Assembly: GCA_964596935.1 (NCBI GenBank)
Contig: CAZQWZ010000002.1
Location: 1-34,484, forward strand
DNA length: 34,484 nt
Source: an uncultured Roseivirgaceae bacterium
GTDB taxonomy: Bacteria > Bacteroidota > Bacteroidia > Cytophagales > Cyclobacteriaceae
Reading direction: 5' to 3'
Under the pieces are notes generated by a model. That model was not told where the DNA came from. It did not search any database and worked only from the letters and a program-made list of their open reading frames with translations. The translations under genes and the position numbers were made by a program. Positions 32,750 through 34,484 of this stretch are shown one piece after another. The first letter of the stretch is position 1. Every line of letters begins with the position of its first letter.

Positions 32750-33890
32750 TAAAATATCTCACTGCATTATTATTGCTACTTATAATAATGATAAAACACT
32801 TGATAGTGTAATTACGAGAACCTTAGCAGTTTGTAGTGATGTAATTATAATTAATGATGGATCTACAGATGCCACATCGTCTATCTTGCAAAACTATCCT
32901 AATATCCACCTCATTAGTTATAACGTAAACGTAGGCAAAGGCTATGCGCTTGCACTTGGGTTTAAGAAGGCACTTGAACTTGGTTTTGACTATGCCATAA
33001 GTATTGATTCTGATGCGCAGCATTACCCTGAAGATATTCCTAAACTTGTTGATAAATTAAGGGAGGATCCTGGCAAAGTAATCATGGGATCTCGCAATAT
33101 GTCTCAAGCTGATGTGCCTAGTAAAAGTAGCTTCGGAAATAAATTTTCCAATTTTTGGTTTTGGGCAGAAACCGGAATTACATTATCTGATACTCAAACA
33201 GGATTTAGGGCATACCCTCTTGAAAATATAAAGAATATGCAATTCTTTACGAGCAAATTTGAATTTGAAATAGAAGTAATAGTTAGGTTGGCTTGGCAAA
33301 ATGTAAAATTTGCTGAGGTGCCTGTAAAAGTTGATTACCCTAAAGATAGAGTGAGTCATTTTAGGCCGTTTAAAGATTTTGGACGTATAAGTGTGCTCAA
33401 CACCGTTTTAGTAATTTTGGCCTATTTATTCTATTTGCCTCGGTTAATAATTCAAAACTTCTCCCTTCAAAATTTTTTTAATAAACTAAAAACAGAGTTT
33501 TTAAAAGATATTAAACATCCGCTTAAGCTAGCTTTTGCCGTAGGTTTAGGTTTGTTTTTTGGAATTTTACCAATATGGGGCTTTCAGATGATGGCTGCCT
33601 TTACAGTAGCCAGCTATTTAAAATTAAATAGGGCACTAGTATTGCTGGTTTCTAATATTAGTATCCCTCCTTTTATACCAATTATTATATATGCTAGTTT
33701 TGAACTAGGTGCAATATTTGTAGAAAATAGGGTGTACTTATTTGATTTAGAATCAATAACAAAATCTACAATTCATCTCCATTTTAAACAATATTTGGTA
33801 GGAGCCGTTTTTTTATCTATTGTGTTGGCTTTTGCAGGCTTCATATCAACGCTACTGTTGGCTGTATTTGCAAAAAAAATAAAAAAGTAA
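32727..33890 (+). CDS. family 2 glycosyltransferase fused to a DUF2062-like membrane domain
   Basis: GT2 motifs are CIIIATYNNDKTL, NDGSTD and SIDSDAQH (DxD). The C-terminal roughly 150 aa have several TM helices (GLGLFFGILPIWGFQMMAAF..., IPPFIPIIIYASF...), as in DUF2062. The start is ambiguous between the GTG at 32706 and the ATG at 32727, and I chose the ATG. Confidence 0.8.
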   Translation: MPFINLSNKISHCIIIATYNNDKTLDSVITRTLAVCSDVIIINDGSTDATSSILQNYPNIHLISYNVNVGKGYALALGFKKALELGFDYAISIDSDAQHYPEDIPKLVDKLREDPGKVIMGSRNMSQADVPSKSSFGNKFSNFWFWAETGITLSDTQTGFRAYPLENIKNMQFFTSKFEFEIEVIVRLAWQNVKFAEVPVKVDYPKDRVSHFRPFKDFGRISVLNTVLVILAYLFYLPRLIIQNFSLQNFFNKLKTEFLKDIKHPLKLAFAVGLGLFFGILPIWGFQMMAAFTVASYLKLNRALVLLVSNISIPPFIPIIIYASFELGAIFVENRVYLFDLESITKSTIHLHFKQYLVGAVFLSIVLAFAGFISTLLLAVFAKKIKK

Positions 33891-33893
33891 TTA

Positions 33894-34484
33894 CTACTCG
33901 TATGCAGTCGTATCAATATTATTGCCTCTAGTGCCATTTAGCCTTTTCCAAAATCCTTCTCTTTCAGTTATTGAAACAAAGTCTTCCTTGAGTGCATTAT
34001 TATACGCAATGGTGGGGTTATACATTGGTGGGTTAAGTGCGCTAAGTGTATCATAAACAATTGGTATAATATCCACTTTGCCTTTCATCGTATTTTTAAT
34101 AAAACGTTTAAGCATTTTTGATTGATACGGATCTGTGGCTAATGCAATACTTTTAAAGCCTAGTTTTTTTGCCTTTTTGTAAGAATAATATACGTTTTCT
34201 GTGCTGTGCTCTGCTTTGGTTTCTGTAAATATATGTTGTTTAGGTATTCCAAGCGCTTCGCCATACAGAGCCATTATTTCAGCTTCATAATAAGGAGAAT
34301 ATACCGCTGATCCTGAGTAGATAACGTTTTTTGCAATTCCTTTATCAAATAAATATTTTGACCAATAGACTCTAATTTTCATCACATCACTCCAATTGTT
34401 ATCTTCAAATGGCACACCAGGCACTATTATGACATCATATTCTTTTTCCTGAGCCTCTATCAGCATCTCTGTTGCTTTTTGAGA
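33894..34484 (-). CDS. DUF218 / YdcF-ElyC-SanA family protein, probably N-terminally truncated by the window edge
   Basis: The pattern VIIVPG...R......L...G.A..VIYSG......YEAEIM......LGIP...I..E..AEHSTEN fits the DUF218 signature. The frame stays open upstream of the track Met (34466) to the window end (SQKATEM...). Homologues usually have a longer N-terminus, so I call it partial. Confidence 0.7.
   Translation of the reverse strand, partial: SQKATEMLIEAQEKEYDVIIVPGVPFEDNNWSDVMKIRVYWSKYLFDKGIAKNVIYSGSAVYSPYYEAEIMALYGEALGIPKQHIFTETKAEHSTENVYYSYKKAKKLGFKSIALATDPYQSKMLKRFIKNTMKGKVDIIPIVYDTLSALNPPMYNPTIAYNNALKEDFVSITEREGFWKRLNGTRGNNIDTTAYE

Noticed and set aside
2296-33023. About 30 short ORFs (61-133 aa) lying inside or antisense to the large genes. 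They are 2296..2568, 4272..4505, 4824..5165, 6120..6314, 6572..6796, 7104..7343, 9301..9588, 9984..10262, 11233..11481, 11744..12145, 12164..12373, 13610..13969, 15001..15225, 15318..15710, 16443..16694, 16707..16928, 19078..19284, 19882..20067, 22923..23264, 23584..23772, 23779..23967, 24148..24447, 24297..24491, 27585..27800, 27712..27927, 28078..28284, 28253..28444, 29730..29927, 30263..30460, 31380..31724 and 32823..33023.
   Set aside because: Each is fully embedded in a longer ORF that has clear catalytic motifs. Their translations are compositionally odd (Ser/Leu/Ile/Phe/Cys-rich) with no recognisable motifs. This is typical of shadow ORFs in AT-rich DNA.
1-34484. Search for tRNA/rRNA genes, CRISPR arrays, transposases/integrases, prophage or defence-system genes
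   Set aside because: I found no cloverleaf-like GC-rich segments, no regularly spaced direct repeats, and no ORF with recombinase, transposase, nuclease or helicase motifs. The region shows uniform composition and operon structure consistent with a resident biosynthetic locus rather than a mobile island.

Overview
This visibly AT-rich 34.5-kb window looks like a Bacteroidota chromosome. Start codons have no Shine-Dalgarno motifs, and exact TAnnTTTG -7 boxes sit ahead of operon-leading genes. Almost the whole window is a flexirubin-type pigment biosynthetic gene cluster, meaning an aryl-polyene carboxylate made from tyrosine and esterified to a dialkylresorcinol (DAR). Two tightly packed operons of about 12 kb diverge from a 167-nt control region (21240..21406). 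The + operon (21407..33890) encodes a tyrosine ammonia-lyase with an MIO motif, FabG, three active ketosynthases, two KS-like non-catalytic partners, two ACPs, an LPLAT acyltransferase, two hot-dog dehydratase proteins, a 4HBT thioesterase, a NodB deacetylase, a LolA-like carrier and a GT2-DUF2062 glycosyltransferase. The - operon (21239..8955) encodes a 1271-aa MMPL transporter/PlsC acyltransferase/SAM-methyltransferase fusion, DarA, DarB, two small orphan proteins, a BtrH-like protein, an ABC-2 exporter pair and a second ACP-KS-CLF cassette. A third - operon (5767..905) supplies a membrane-anchored C45/IAT-like Ntn-hydrolase with a TPR tail, an AcpS-type PPTase, a PaaK-like adenylating ligase and a CrtI-like flavoenzyme. 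The operons are separated by an O-methyltransferase, a WG-repeat secreted protein and orphan secreted proteins. The window edges carry a partial CxxCH heme-binding-domain gene, which is missing from the ORF track, and a partial DUF218/YdcF gene. I found no tRNA, rRNA, CRISPR array, transposase or integrase. All functional calls come from motif and family recognition by eye, not from database searches. The most interesting open points are the trifunctional fusion, the surplus of acyl-transfer folds (LPLAT, PlsC domain, BtrH-like, C45/IAT-like) when flexirubin needs only one ester bond, the duplicated ACP-KS-CLF cassettes, and several conserved-looking orphans inside the operons.
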